Of a stretch of 32,000 nucleotides of DNA, positions 24,362-32,000 are shown piece by piece; within the stretch, counting starts at the first letter, position 1; every line of letters starts with the position of its first letter. The translations under genes and the position numbers were made by a program. The notes under the pieces were generated by a model that was given only the letters and a program-made list of their open reading frames with translations, was not told where the DNA came from and searched no databases. The stretch comes from Candidatus Scalindua sp. (GTDB lineage Bacteria > Planctomycetota > Brocadiia > Brocadiales > Scalinduaceae). The stretch covers positions 3,870,001 to 3,902,000 of the forward strand of contig JALDRA010000001.1 in NCBI GenBank assembly GCA_031316235.1, written 5' to 3'.

Positions 24362-25837
24362 CTAGAAATCAACATAAAAACGCATAGCCAGCATGTCTGC
24401 ATTGTCATTATCAAGACGGAGACCACCAATACGCCTGTCAACACTTGCATGCACATAATTCAACGTAACCCGTGTATTGGGATTCAGATACCAGTTTATA
24501 CCGGCAGTGATATCCTGGAGCCTGCCCCCTTCAATACCTTCGTCATTCAAGTCAAGTTCTGAATATCGTGCCGCCAATTCGACTGCGCCCTTCCCTTCTC
24601 TACTTCCCCACTGAAAATTTTTATTTGGTTTTACGCGACCAAATACACCTCCCTCCCTCCTGTATTCTCTGTTTTCACCCGTTAAATAATAACTACCGTA
24701 TGCATAAAATCCGGTAAATCTGAGATCATTGTCAGCGCTTCTTTCACGGTCTATATCAGCATAGGTATATTCAGCCTGAAAAGAAAAAGGACCATAGACA
24801 AAAGCTATTTCCGGGTTAAAGAGGTTTGCAGATTCTGCGGCAATGTTACCGGTATCTACAAATTTATCTGCCAGATTTATCTCAGGTCTGGAACTAAACC
24901 TGAAACTGTTTTCAAAGGCGTTTTGATAACTGCAGGAAATGCCGGTATGAACCAGTTTTCTTCCATTGTTCTCATACCATGGTACTGCTGTAAGCCTTCC
25001 GGTAAAACTATAGCCACCTTCAGTACTTCTATCTCCTTGACCATTACCAAAAGTGTCAGTACTCCGGAATATGCCAGCTGACCAGGTGATACGTTCTTTC
25101 AATGCATGGTTATATGCGGTAAATCCAATATTTCTCCCTGGTATAAAAGCAAAATTCAGGCCTCGTTCCAGAAATGTCATGTGATTGCTAGAATACATCC
25201 ACTCCAGGCCGAATGGTTCTTTCATGTGGCCCACCCTGAAATTGCCCAGGACAGGAATCTTATGTAATTCCATAAAAACATCGGTAAAATTCGCGTTTCC
25301 ACCGGCATATTCAAGTTCTATCTTGTATCCAACATTTTTGTATATACTACCCCCCATACAGAATCGAGCTCTGCGTAATTCAGTACCGTCAACCTGATCT
25401 CCGATTGTTCTCTTGATATCATCATTTTCCTTAAACCAACCCCAGTCATTCTGTATTCTGCCTCCGACATTGAGATCGAAATTACCATCTTCAGACCTGA
25501 ATCGCAAGCCTTGATCCCAATATACCTGGAATTTGGGGATAAGACCAGCCTTCACCATCCTTTTCCTGGTTTCCTGCTTCATAAGGTAATTATCAATTAC
25601 CTGTTCGATTTCACCTTCATCCAATTGATGGCCATGAAGATGGTTAGTCTCTTCTTTTGATTCGATCTTTTCCTTCAGTGTCTCAACTATTTTCTGCTGA
25701 CTCTTAATAATCTCTTCCAACTCATTCAGCTGCACTCGTAAGTCATTCAGTTCGTTCTCCTGTGCCGACAATGCTGATATCGGTTTTAAAATTAAAAAAC
25801 TGAGCAGGAATAAAAATGAAACGATATACATTCTCAT
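24362..25837 (-). CDS. second OprO/OprP-family porin, last gene of the mod operon
   Basis: 491 aa. It is a paralogue of 22443..23828: same signal peptide style (MRMYIVSFLFLLSFLILKPISALSAQE vs MRRYFIPFLLLVSFIVIQPIPGLSAVE), same coiled coil (NDLRVQLNELEEIIKSQQKIVETLK), and a C-terminal ..AMRFYVDF. AGGAGA lies upstream of the ATG, 100 bp downstream of modC. Confidence 0.8.
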   Translation of the reverse strand: MRMYIVSFLFLLSFLILKPISALSAQENELNDLRVQLNELEEIIKSQQKIVETLKEKIESKEETNHLHGHQLDEGEIEQVIDNYLMKQETRKRMVKAGLIPKFQVYWDQGLRFRSEDGNFDLNVGGRIQNDWGWFKENDDIKRTIGDQVDGTELRRARFCMGGSIYKNVGYKIELEYAGGNANFTDVFMELHKIPVLGNFRVGHMKEPFGLEWMYSSNHMTFLERGLNFAFIPGRNIGFTAYNHALKERITWSAGIFRSTDTFGNGQGDRSTEGGYSFTGRLTAVPWYENNGRKLVHTGISCSYQNAFENSFRFSSRPEINLADKFVDTGNIAAESANLFNPEIAFVYGPFSFQAEYTYADIDRERSADNDLRFTGFYAYGSYYLTGENREYRREGGVFGRVKPNKNFQWGSREGKGAVELAARYSELDLNDEGIEGGRLQDITAGINWYLNPNTRVTLNYVHASVDRRIGGLRLDNDNADMLAMRFYVDF

Positions 25838-25937
25838 ATTTCTTTCTCCTATGATAAATTTCTACTACAATCAGTTTTAATACGTGTCACTATCTCCCAT
25901 ACACTAACAGCTATTCACAGAGCTCCTGAAGCTTTAT

Positions 25938-27005
25938 TCAGGAGAGTAAGGAGACACTTTTGACTTGAGCGTATACTAATTTACCGGGTTTCAAATCGAG
26001 TAAAGTGGAGGATTTGCGTGTTAGAGAGGCCAATATGGGTACATCTCCCATCATCAGGCATACGGTCACCTGGGCTTTCCCTTCGGGGACAACCTCCTGA
26101 ACAGTAGCAGGGAATATATTCTGTATACTGGTATTGGTCTGGTGTTCGAGGGTAAGGCTGACATCGCGTGCGGCGATCCGCAATCTCACGGTATTACCCA
26201 GAGGCAATTCCTTGTGTATTACCGTAAAACGCCCCAATGCTGAATCAAGGTACGTCAGATGATACTCCTCGTCATGACCTGAAACAGCTGCTTCGATAAG
26301 CGCTTCGGCGTCCTTACCATGAGCAAGGGGAAGGTCAAGCCTGGTTAGTATATCACTGATCGCTCCTGCAGCCTTGACACTGCCTGCTTCAAGTAACACC
26401 AGGTAATCCGCAAGACGTGCAACTTCATCAGTGGAATGGCTTACATAGATAACAGGAATATCCAATTCATGATGGAGGGATTCTATATAAGGCAGAATCT
26501 CCTGTCTGCTTTTCATGTCCAGCGCTGCCAGTGGCTCATCCATCAGCAACAGCCTGGGACTGACAGCAAGTGCCCGGGCGATCGCTACCCGCTGCCGTTC
26601 ACCGCCTGAGAGGTAACCGGGTTTACGTTCGAGCAGGTGCTCGATTCCCAAAAGTTCGATGGCATGATTCAGGGAAATCCTGCATTCTGTCTCCGGTACT
26701 CTCTTAACACCATATTCCAGGTTACGCCGTACATTGAGATGGGGGAATAAGCTGGCCTCCTGGAAGACATAACCCAGGGGGCGTTTATGAGTAGGGATAA
26801 CCCGTTTATGATCCTGCCAAACTGTTTCTCCTATTTTTAAAAATGCACCAGGGCTCTGCTCCAATCCGGAAATGGCACGCAGGAGTGTCGTCTTGCCACA
26901 ACCCGATGGACCGAAGACAGCCGTTACCCCTCTGCCGGGAATTTTCAGATCTACATCAAGAACGAAATCCTGCTTTTTAACTTGTAATTTGATCTCAATT
27001 GACAC
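25938..27005 (-). CDS. modC: molybdate ABC transporter ATP-binding protein ModC (with C-terminal TOBE-like domain)
   Basis: 355 aa. GTG start with AAGGAG upstream. Walker A GPSGCGKTT, signature LSGGERQRVAIARAL and Walker B LLLMDEPLAALD are present, followed by a ~120-aa C-terminal extension. Confidence 0.9.
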   Translation of the reverse strand: MSIEIKLQVKKQDFVLDVDLKIPGRGVTAVFGPSGCGKTTLLRAISGLEQSPGAFLKIGETVWQDHKRVIPTHKRPLGYVFQEASLFPHLNVRRNLEYGVKRVPETECRISLNHAIELLGIEHLLERKPGYLSGGERQRVAIARALAVSPRLLLMDEPLAALDMKSRQEILPYIESLHHELDIPVIYVSHSTDEVARLADYLVLLEAGSVKAAGAISDILTRLDLPLAHGKDAEALIEAAVSGHDEEYHLTYLDSALGRFTVIHKELPLGNTVRLRIAARDVSLTLEHQTNTSIQNIFPATVQEVVPEGKAQVTVCLMMGDVPILASLTRKSSTLLDLKPGKLVYAQVKSVSLLS

Positions 27006-27065
27006 GATGTATCTCCTTGCAGTTTCAAATGCAAGCCGCTCTGCTTAGTCACCTGCTCTTATTTG

Positions 27066-27749
27066 TCACAGTTGGACTACCCTGAAACGCCGATTAAGGG
27101 CATACACTGTCAGCATCATGGAAAAGGAGAGTAACAGGAGCCCGCCTGACAACCAGTGAGCATGACTGTATTCGAGCATTTCAACATGATCGTAAATGGC
27201 AATGGAAAGGACCTGAGTATTTCCCGGTATGTTTCCTCCAATCATCAGTACAACTCCAAATTCACCCAGGGTATGGGCAAATCCAAGCACGGCGGCGGTA
27301 ATAAACCCGGGACGGGCCAATGGAATAGCCACCGTAAAAAAACGGTCCACCGGTGAAGCTCGCAGTGTAGCGGCTACTTCAAGTGAACGGTTTCCGACAG
27401 CAGTAAAAGCGTTTTGCAGCGGTTGCACCACAAAGGGTAATGAATAGAGAACCGAACCGATGACCAGGCCGGTGAAAGTAAAGGCTGGCGGGTTGCCACC
27501 GAAGAACTGAAATATAGATCCTATTAATCCGTGAGGGCCAAGTGTCACCAGCAGATAAAAACCGAGTACTGTAGGCGGCAGAACTAACGGGAGAGCCACT
27601 ACAGCTTCCAGCAGAAACTTGAAACGCCATCGGGTACGGGACAGCCACCAGGCCAGCGGTGTTCCAAACAGGAGGAGGGTCAGCGTAGTAACCCCCGCCA
27701 GTTTGAATGTAATGGCAAGGGCCATAAAATCAGGCTTACTGAGTATCAT
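27066..27749 (-). CDS. modB: molybdate ABC transporter permease ModB
   Basis: 227 aa with 5-6 TM segments and the EAA-like loop region [23 protein letters not shown]. Its start overlaps the modA stop by 4 nt. Confidence 0.9.
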   Translation of the reverse strand: MILSKPDFMALAITFKLAGVTTLTLLLFGTPLAWWLSRTRWRFKFLLEAVVALPLVLPPTVLGFYLLVTLGPHGLIGSIFQFFGGNPPAFTFTGLVIGSVLYSLPFVVQPLQNAFTAVGNRSLEVAATLRASPVDRFFTVAIPLARPGFITAAVLGFAHTLGEFGVVLMIGGNIPGNTQVLSIAIYDHVEMLEYSHAHWLSGGLLLLSFSMMLTVYALNRRFRVVQL

Positions 27750-28498
27750 GGTACACTATACCCATGTTCACGAATAAGATTGCGTGATTTTTCACTTTTT
27801 ACAAACCTGAGAAAAGCCTGTACGGTATTATTCTCTTTCAACAAAACCGCCTGCTGTTCGATGGGGGTATAGAGTGATTGAGGTATGTCCCAGAAAGAAC
27901 CCTCAACAGGATGACCCGGCTTTTTTATCTGTGAGTAAGCCACAAATCCTAATTCAGCATTACCACTCTTGACGAACTGGAAAGTCTGACCGATATTCTC
28001 TCCACGGACAATGTTCCCCTGCAATGCGTCCCAGACTTTTCGTGCCTGTAAGACCTCCTGGGCAGCCTTACCGTAGGGAGCAAGCTTCGGGTTGGCTATA
28101 GCCAGGTAGCGGAATCCCCCCTGTTCCAGAACTTTTCCTGCTGAATCAACATAACCCATCCCGGGACTCCAGAGAACAACCTTACCCACAGCATAGGTAA
28201 ACCGGCTTCCGGGGAGAGCCACCCCCTCTTTCTCCAACAATTCCGGTCGCCAGACATCAGCGGCAAAAAAAGCATCGAAGGGTGCACCATTTTTAATCTG
28301 GGCGTAGTGTTTTCCTGTTGAACCGAATATCAAGACAACCTTATGACCTGTTTTATCGGTAAAACGTTCAGCAATATTCTTAATAGCGTGGGTAAAATTA
28401 CTGGCCACCGCTACTCGAATTTCATCGGCTGCCGCCTCCCCCGATCCGAACAGGAATACTGCAGCTGCAAACGTAAAAACATATACTAACTGCTTCAT
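27746..28498 (-). CDS. modA: molybdate ABC transporter substrate-binding protein ModA
   Basis: I prefer the ATG at 28498, giving [24 protein letters not shown]; the track start at 28573 lies inside REP-A copy 8. ModA-like motifs are VAVASNF...[24 protein letters not shown]. Confidence 0.9.
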   Translation of the reverse strand: MKQLVYVFTFAAAVFLFGSGEAAADEIRVAVASNFTHAIKNIAERFTDKTGHKVVLIFGSTGKHYAQIKNGAPFDAFFAADVWRPELLEKEGVALPGSRFTYAVGKVVLWSPGMGYVDSAGKVLEQGGFRYLAIANPKLAPYGKAAQEVLQARKVWDALQGNIVRGENIGQTFQFVKSGNAELGFVAYSQIKKPGHPVEGSFWDIPQSLYTPIEQQAVLLKENNTVQAFLRFVKSEKSRNLIREHGYSVP

Positions 28499-28531
28499 AA
28501 GGTTGCTCGATTCTTTCAGCAGAATCTCTTG

Positions 28532-28670
28532 TATACTAAAACCGATTTGGTTTTCGGTTTTACCGGATACCAAATCTTGGTGAAGGTATCCCCGGACAAA
28601 AAACGCCGAGGACTTTACTCGCTCAATATTATCTCGGATTTTATCCGAAAACCATTGTAAGATGAGTATA
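28532..28670 (-). repeat. REP-A copy 8 (long variant), located inside the mod operon between the modE-like gene and modA
   Basis: The reverse complement is TATACTCATCTTACAATGGTTTTCGGATAAAATCCGAGATAATATTGAGCGAGTAAAGTCCTCGGCGTTTTTTGTCCGGGGATACC...GGTTTTAGTATA. Confidence 0.9.
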
Positions 28671-28698
28671 TTATAAAAAACTCGGCTGTAAAAAACCT

Positions 28699-29040
28699 CT
28701 AGAGATCAAGTTTCCGTGAACGCTCATGTAAAAATTCCCTGAAGCCGCCGTAAGCAGACCAGAAACAATCGATTGCCTGGTCCCCCGCCTTCGTCAGTCT
28801 GGCTCCTCCCCCGCAAAGTCCCCCCGCTCTCTTTTCCACCACAGGATGACGGCTTTGGCGGTTCATCGATTCCACCAGTTTCCAGGCATGGCGATAAGAC
28901 ATTTCCATGGAGCGGGCAGCCGCACTGATAGAGCCGTGTTCGCGGATCCGTTCCAACAGCACAACGCGTCCATGACCCAGGAATGTACCTTCCGGGCCCT
29001 CAATCCAGAGCCGACCGTGCAGATGATAGTTCTCACGCAT
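28699..29040 (-). CDS. ModE N-terminal-domain-like winged-helix regulator (no Mop/TOBE molybdate-binding domains)
   Basis: 113 aa from the ATG at 29040 (the track uses GTG at 29052). GSISAAARSMEMSYRHAWKLVESMN parallels E. coli ModE GSISQGAKDAGISYKSAWDAINEMN. The protein ends ~110 aa in, before any di-Mop domain. Confidence 0.8.
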   Translation of the reverse strand: MRENYHLHGRLWIEGPEGTFLGHGRVVLLERIREHGSISAAARSMEMSYRHAWKLVESMNRQSRHPVVEKRAGGLCGGGARLTKAGDQAIDCFWSAYGGFREFLHERSRKLDL

Positions 29041-29071
29041 TGCTTCTCTCACACCAGGTTTTCCGCCTAAG

Positions 29072-29115
29072 CGTTATGCATTTAAAAATATAACGAAAAC
29101 CATAGTAACCGTCAA
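29072..29115 (-). promoter_or_regulatory. near-consensus sigma70 promoter overlapped by a ModE-box-like palindrome
   Basis: On the minus strand: TTGACG (29115-29110), a 17-nt spacer, then TATATT (29092-29087). The palindrome CGTTAT-N12-ATAACG (29072-29095) covers the -10 element. The half-site ATATAACG resembles the E. coli modA operator half-site as I recall it. Confidence 0.55.
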
Positions 29116-29444
29116 TAGTAAAATTTCAGGTTTTTTTCATAGAAATATTGAGAATGTCTTCGTTGTTTGTAGGTGTATCCTGTCTCGGAATCTCTCTATA
29201 TCAATTGCCAGGTGGTTTTTGAAATTTCAGGGCAGGAGTCTTCTTGAAATTTAGATTTTTCGATTGAACAAAACAAGAGGTTTTGTGATGCTGAGCTGAA
29301 GATTCTCCACGGACACAAATCGACGATGACTTTGTGATTGAGAAAAATCTGATATTCCTGTGAAATCGGGTTCTGAAAACTGAAAATCTATCTGTGGTGG
29401 GTATACATCTCGCACCTTTAATTATCATATGCGCTGGGTGATTT

Positions 29445-29946
29445 ATGTCCCGCTATTATTTCTCTCTGATTGTGGTCGGGCTTTTCGGCCGTGCTGCAAC
29501 AAAAGAAGGACACTGTGTCGGATTTCTACCTTGCGGGGACGCGGTATGAGCACATTTTTGCTTCAGGATCATACGTCCTGATAAACCTGAAGGTCGCAGG
29601 GCATATTGGTGAATCTTCAACCATGGGTGTTATTTCCTTTTTCTGGGGGGTATTGCCATGGACCTTATTATGGTTGTCACATTGCCAAGGGGAGACCATG
29701 CACCTCCGGCATCGGCAGCGCTGGATAACCATACCCGCAAAGAGCAAGATATCATTCCTGTCCTTCATTAATTTCTTCAGCAAGGTCGTCATCACAATTG
29801 AAGTGGTAAGGTTATCCAGCGCTGCTGATAGGAAGAATGTGGATCGCCCCTGCTATCCACATCAGCGTCATGCGAGCGTAACCATATACCGTCTTTTCCC
29901 ATTTTCCGATAAAGAGGAACCGCTGGTTTCCAGATTACCGAGTTAA
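29445..29946 (+). pseudogene. possible degraded remnant of a sodium:solute symporter (SSS-family) gene
   Basis: Frame 1 from the ATG at 29445 reads MSRYYFSLIVVGLFG. The next frame reads QQKKDTVSDFYLAGTR, similar to the SSS N-terminal hallmark ..K....DYFLAGR. Then comes IFASGS..., and the frames break repeatedly. The total open length is far shorter than a ~500-aa symporter. Confidence 0.3.
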
Positions 29947-29960
29947 GAAAATGCGTTTTA

Positions 29961-30590
29961 TCACTTTACATGAAACCTGGCTATCTCTTCTTGTCTACTT
30001 GATACGCAGGCATCCAGATCCTTTAAGAGGCCGTTTCCAAGATTATACACCCAGCCATGAATCGTTAACTCCTGTGCAGATTCCCACGCATTCTTAACAA
30101 ATGTTGTGTGGCATATATTGTTGACCTGTTCAATTACATTGAGCTCGCACAGCAGGTTTAATTTTTCTTCTTCCCTTTCAACCGAATCAACCTGCTCTTT
30201 ATAAATGCGGTATACATCTTTGATGTGCCGGAGCCAGTTGTCAATCAATCCATGTTGATGATCATCCATGGAGGCTTTAATGCCTCCGCACCCGTAATGG
30301 CCGCAAACGATAATATGTTTCACCTTTAATACATCTACCGCGTATTGCACAACTGACAAACAGCTCAGGTCGGTATGGATTACGAGATTGGCGATATTAC
30401 GGTGTACAAAGATTTGACCAGGTAACAGGTCAATAATCTGATTTGACGGCACACGGCTGTCAGAACAACCGATCCACAAGTATTCAGGGGTTTGTTGATT
30501 AGCGAGTTCTGAGAAGAAATCAGGATCGGTTTCCTTTATCTTGCTTGCCCACTTCCTGTTTCTATCAAAAAGATGCTTTAATGTCTTCAT
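29961..30590 (-). CDS. can: beta-class carbonic anhydrase
   Basis: 209 aa with the Zn-ligand motifs IGCSDSRV and VCGHYGCGG. AGGAGA lies upstream of the ATG. Confidence 0.92.
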   Translation of the reverse strand: MKTLKHLFDRNRKWASKIKETDPDFFSELANQQTPEYLWIGCSDSRVPSNQIIDLLPGQIFVHRNIANLVIHTDLSCLSVVQYAVDVLKVKHIIVCGHYGCGGIKASMDDHQHGLIDNWLRHIKDVYRIYKEQVDSVEREEEKLNLLCELNVIEQVNNICHTTFVKNAWESAQELTIHGWVYNLGNGLLKDLDACVSSRQEEIARFHVK

Positions 30591-30633
30591 GTAAATATTC
30601 TCCTAATTTGTTAAAAAGATAACGTCTCTATCA

Positions 30634-30665
30634 GGTTTGTGCCAGTTCATGAGCAGGCACAAACC
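30634..30665. terminator. perfect 10-bp stem-loop between the SulP remnant and can
   Basis: GGTTTGTGCC-12 nt-GGCACAAACC. No adjacent T-run follows on the minus strand, so its function as a terminator or processing site is only inferred. Confidence 0.35.
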
Positions 30666-30686
30666 ATACGGTAAACTCTATTACCG

Positions 30687-30845
30687 TTAACGATATTTCC
30701 GGTGAAGGTATATCTGCGTAGCGGTACCACCGGAAAGAGCCGCAAAAACACCAACTGTCACAGCTCCGTAAAGCCCTGCTGTCGCCCCAAATTCCCGACT
30801 GGGGATCAGGCCTCTAGCGCAGGAAAAAGCTGCTGTTATCAAATC
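30687..30845 (-). pseudogene. ~45-codon fragment matching the N-terminal TM1-TM2 region of a SulP transporter
   Basis: My translation is DLITAAFSCARGLIPSREFGATAGLYGAVTVGVFAALSGGTATQIYLHRKYR*. It parallels the conserved SulP segment (E. coli DauA: ..[34 protein letters not shown]) and then terminates. It lies directly downstream of the intact SulP gene. Confidence 0.5.
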
Positions 30846-30855
30846 GGGGTTATTT

Positions 30856-32000
30856 TTACCTTGGAAGGGCAAAGACCCATTTATCAAGCTTTCCAGAGTA
30901 AATCTTCTCTCTGTCCCCAGTGCTAACCGGGTTGCGCAGCAGTTTGACACTGATGCCCCTGCTCTGTGCTGAAACCATAAAATCTTCTATAGCCTCCCTC
31001 ACATCGTAATCAATACTGTAGCATTTACTCAGATCAATAGTCAGGAGTGTTCCTTTGGGTATACCGGCCAATTCTTTTATAATTGCTCCTTTATTTAAAA
31101 AGTTAACGTCTTCAGCCAGGGTTATTCTCATTTGTTTTTCTCTAGCCCCTGTTTCCATATGCAGAAAGTGAGAATTTCTGTAGTTACGGATTAGGACCAC
31201 AACAGTACCTACACAGCACCCAAGACCGAGCCCTACCAGCAGATCGACAAATACTATACCAAGAATAGTAACGGTAAAAGGTAGAAACTGGTTCCATCCC
31301 AGTCTATATATCTGTACAAACAGAGAAGGTTTAGACAATTTATACCCTACCAGTAATAAAATACATGCAAGAGCGGATAACGGTATCATATTAAGAATAA
31401 CCGGAATAAACCCTACACAGATCAGCAGGAAAAAACCATGGAGTATCGTAGATAGTTTGGTTCTGGAACCGGCTTGAACATTGGCGGAACTTCGAACGAT
31501 TACCTGTGTAATCGGCAGCCCGCCAATCATTCCGCACAATATGTTTCCGGTACCTTGAGCAATTAACTCACGGTTGGTTGAGGTGATTCTCTTGTGGGGA
31601 TCCAGTTTGTCAGTAGCCTCCACACTTAAAAGTGTTTCAAGGCTCGCGATAATCGCAATGGTAACAGCTAAAATATACACTTCTTTATTGCCCAGTTGAC
31701 CGAAATCAGGAAAGGTAAACAGGTTGAAAAATGATGAGATACTGCCTGCAACCGGCACACTTACCAGGTGTTCCGGACCTAAGGTATATTGAGGGAAATA
31801 ACTTTTTGTTATAAACTGGCAGCAGATAGCAGCGGCTACCACAACTATGGGTCCCTGTATTAATTTAAAAATATTATATTTCTTCGTCAGATACAGCTCC
31901 CACAAGAGCAGAATCGACATTGAAATCGCAGCGATTAATACTGCCCCGGGTGTTAATTGATCAAGAATCTGCCATAGTAAGGTAAATGTGTTTTCACCTT
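30856..32000 (-). CDS. SulP-family anion transporter with C-terminal STAS domain (5' end outside the window)
   Basis: The track starts it at Met 31920, but the frame stays open to position 32000 (..GENTFTLLWQILDQLTPGAVLIAAISMSILLL..). It has multiple TM segments and a STAS-like C-terminus (MRITLAEDVNFLNKGAIIKELAGIPKGTLLTIDLSKCYSIDYDVREAIEDF). Confidence 0.88.
   Translation of the reverse strand, partial: GENTFTLLWQILDQLTPGAVLIAAISMSILLLWELYLTKKYNIFKLIQGPIVVVAAAICCQFITKSYFPQYTLGPEHLVSVPVAGSISSFFNLFTFPDFGQLGNKEVYILAVTIAIIASLETLLSVEATDKLDPHKRITSTNRELIAQGTGNILCGMIGGLPITQVIVRSSANVQAGSRTKLSTILHGFFLLICVGFIPVILNMIPLSALACILLLVGYKLSKPSLFVQIYRLGWNQFLPFTVTILGIVFVDLLVGLGLGCCVGTVVVLIRNYRNSHFLHMETGAREKQMRITLAEDVNFLNKGAIIKELAGIPKGTLLTIDLSKCYSIDYDVREAIEDFMVSAQSRGISVKLLRNPVSTGDREKIYSGKLDKWVFALPR

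Noticed and set aside
4172-27648. Numerous 60-120-aa track ORFs nested in or antisense to long genes (e.g. 4172..4378, 4242..4586, 6135..6329, 6377..6637, 11819..12181, 15657..15974, 17677..17994, 18356..18676, 20626..20997, 22434..22877, 22847..23125, 27229..27447, 27379..27648)
   Set aside because: Each lies entirely inside a longer ORF that has clear family motifs. None has an SD or any recognisable motif of its own. They are treated as shadow ORFs.
186-28670. Repeats considered as a CRISPR array
   Set aside because: The REP-A and REP-B copies are dispersed kilobases apart, occur in both orientations and are >80 bp long. The only tandem array (15269-15316) has 18-bp units with no spacers. 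No cas genes are present.
29201-29795. Track ORFs 29201..29428(-) and 29526..29795(-)
   Set aside because: They have no SD, no family resemblance and a biased composition. The region is better explained as non-coding leader plus a decayed symporter remnant on the plus strand.

Overview
This is a visibly AT-rich chromosomal window from a diderm bacterium; I cannot assign taxonomy from sequence alone. It splits into three parts.

(1) 1-9.9 kb holds housekeeping genes: purE, a GT2 glycosyltransferase, serA, sufS and a Cache-type membrane sensor. The intergenic spacers here are heavily colonised by two families of small non-coding repeats.

(2) 9.9-16.3 kb is an accessory-looking stretch. It starts with nikR, divergent from three envelope genes: a Cys-rich membrane-anchored protein, a Met-rich outer-membrane barrel, and a dihaem cytochrome c fused to a TlpA-like thioredoxin. 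An atypical stand-alone receiver, a tandem palindromic 18-bp array and a secreted Ig-like protein follow.

(3) 16.3-29.1 kb is a minus-strand oxyanion-uptake block made of two operons:
- OprP-like porin-pstS-pstC-pstA-[pstB remnant]-phoU
- modE-like-modA-modB-modC-second OprP-like porin

Beyond it lie gene remnants, a beta-carbonic anhydrase and a SulP/STAS transporter that runs off the window.

Main points for follow-up:
- The nikR-linked envelope cluster is a candidate undescribed metal-handling system.
- pstB has an internal deletion that leaves only its two ends.
- An OprP-family porin is embedded in the molybdate operon.
- A ModE-type palindrome overlaps a near-consensus promoter.
- Two repeat families occur only between genes: a modular ~112-bp element in 8 copies, and a ~167-bp MITE with a 29-bp TIR and a 9-bp target-site duplication, including one nested insertion.

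No rRNA, tRNA or CRISPR array was seen.
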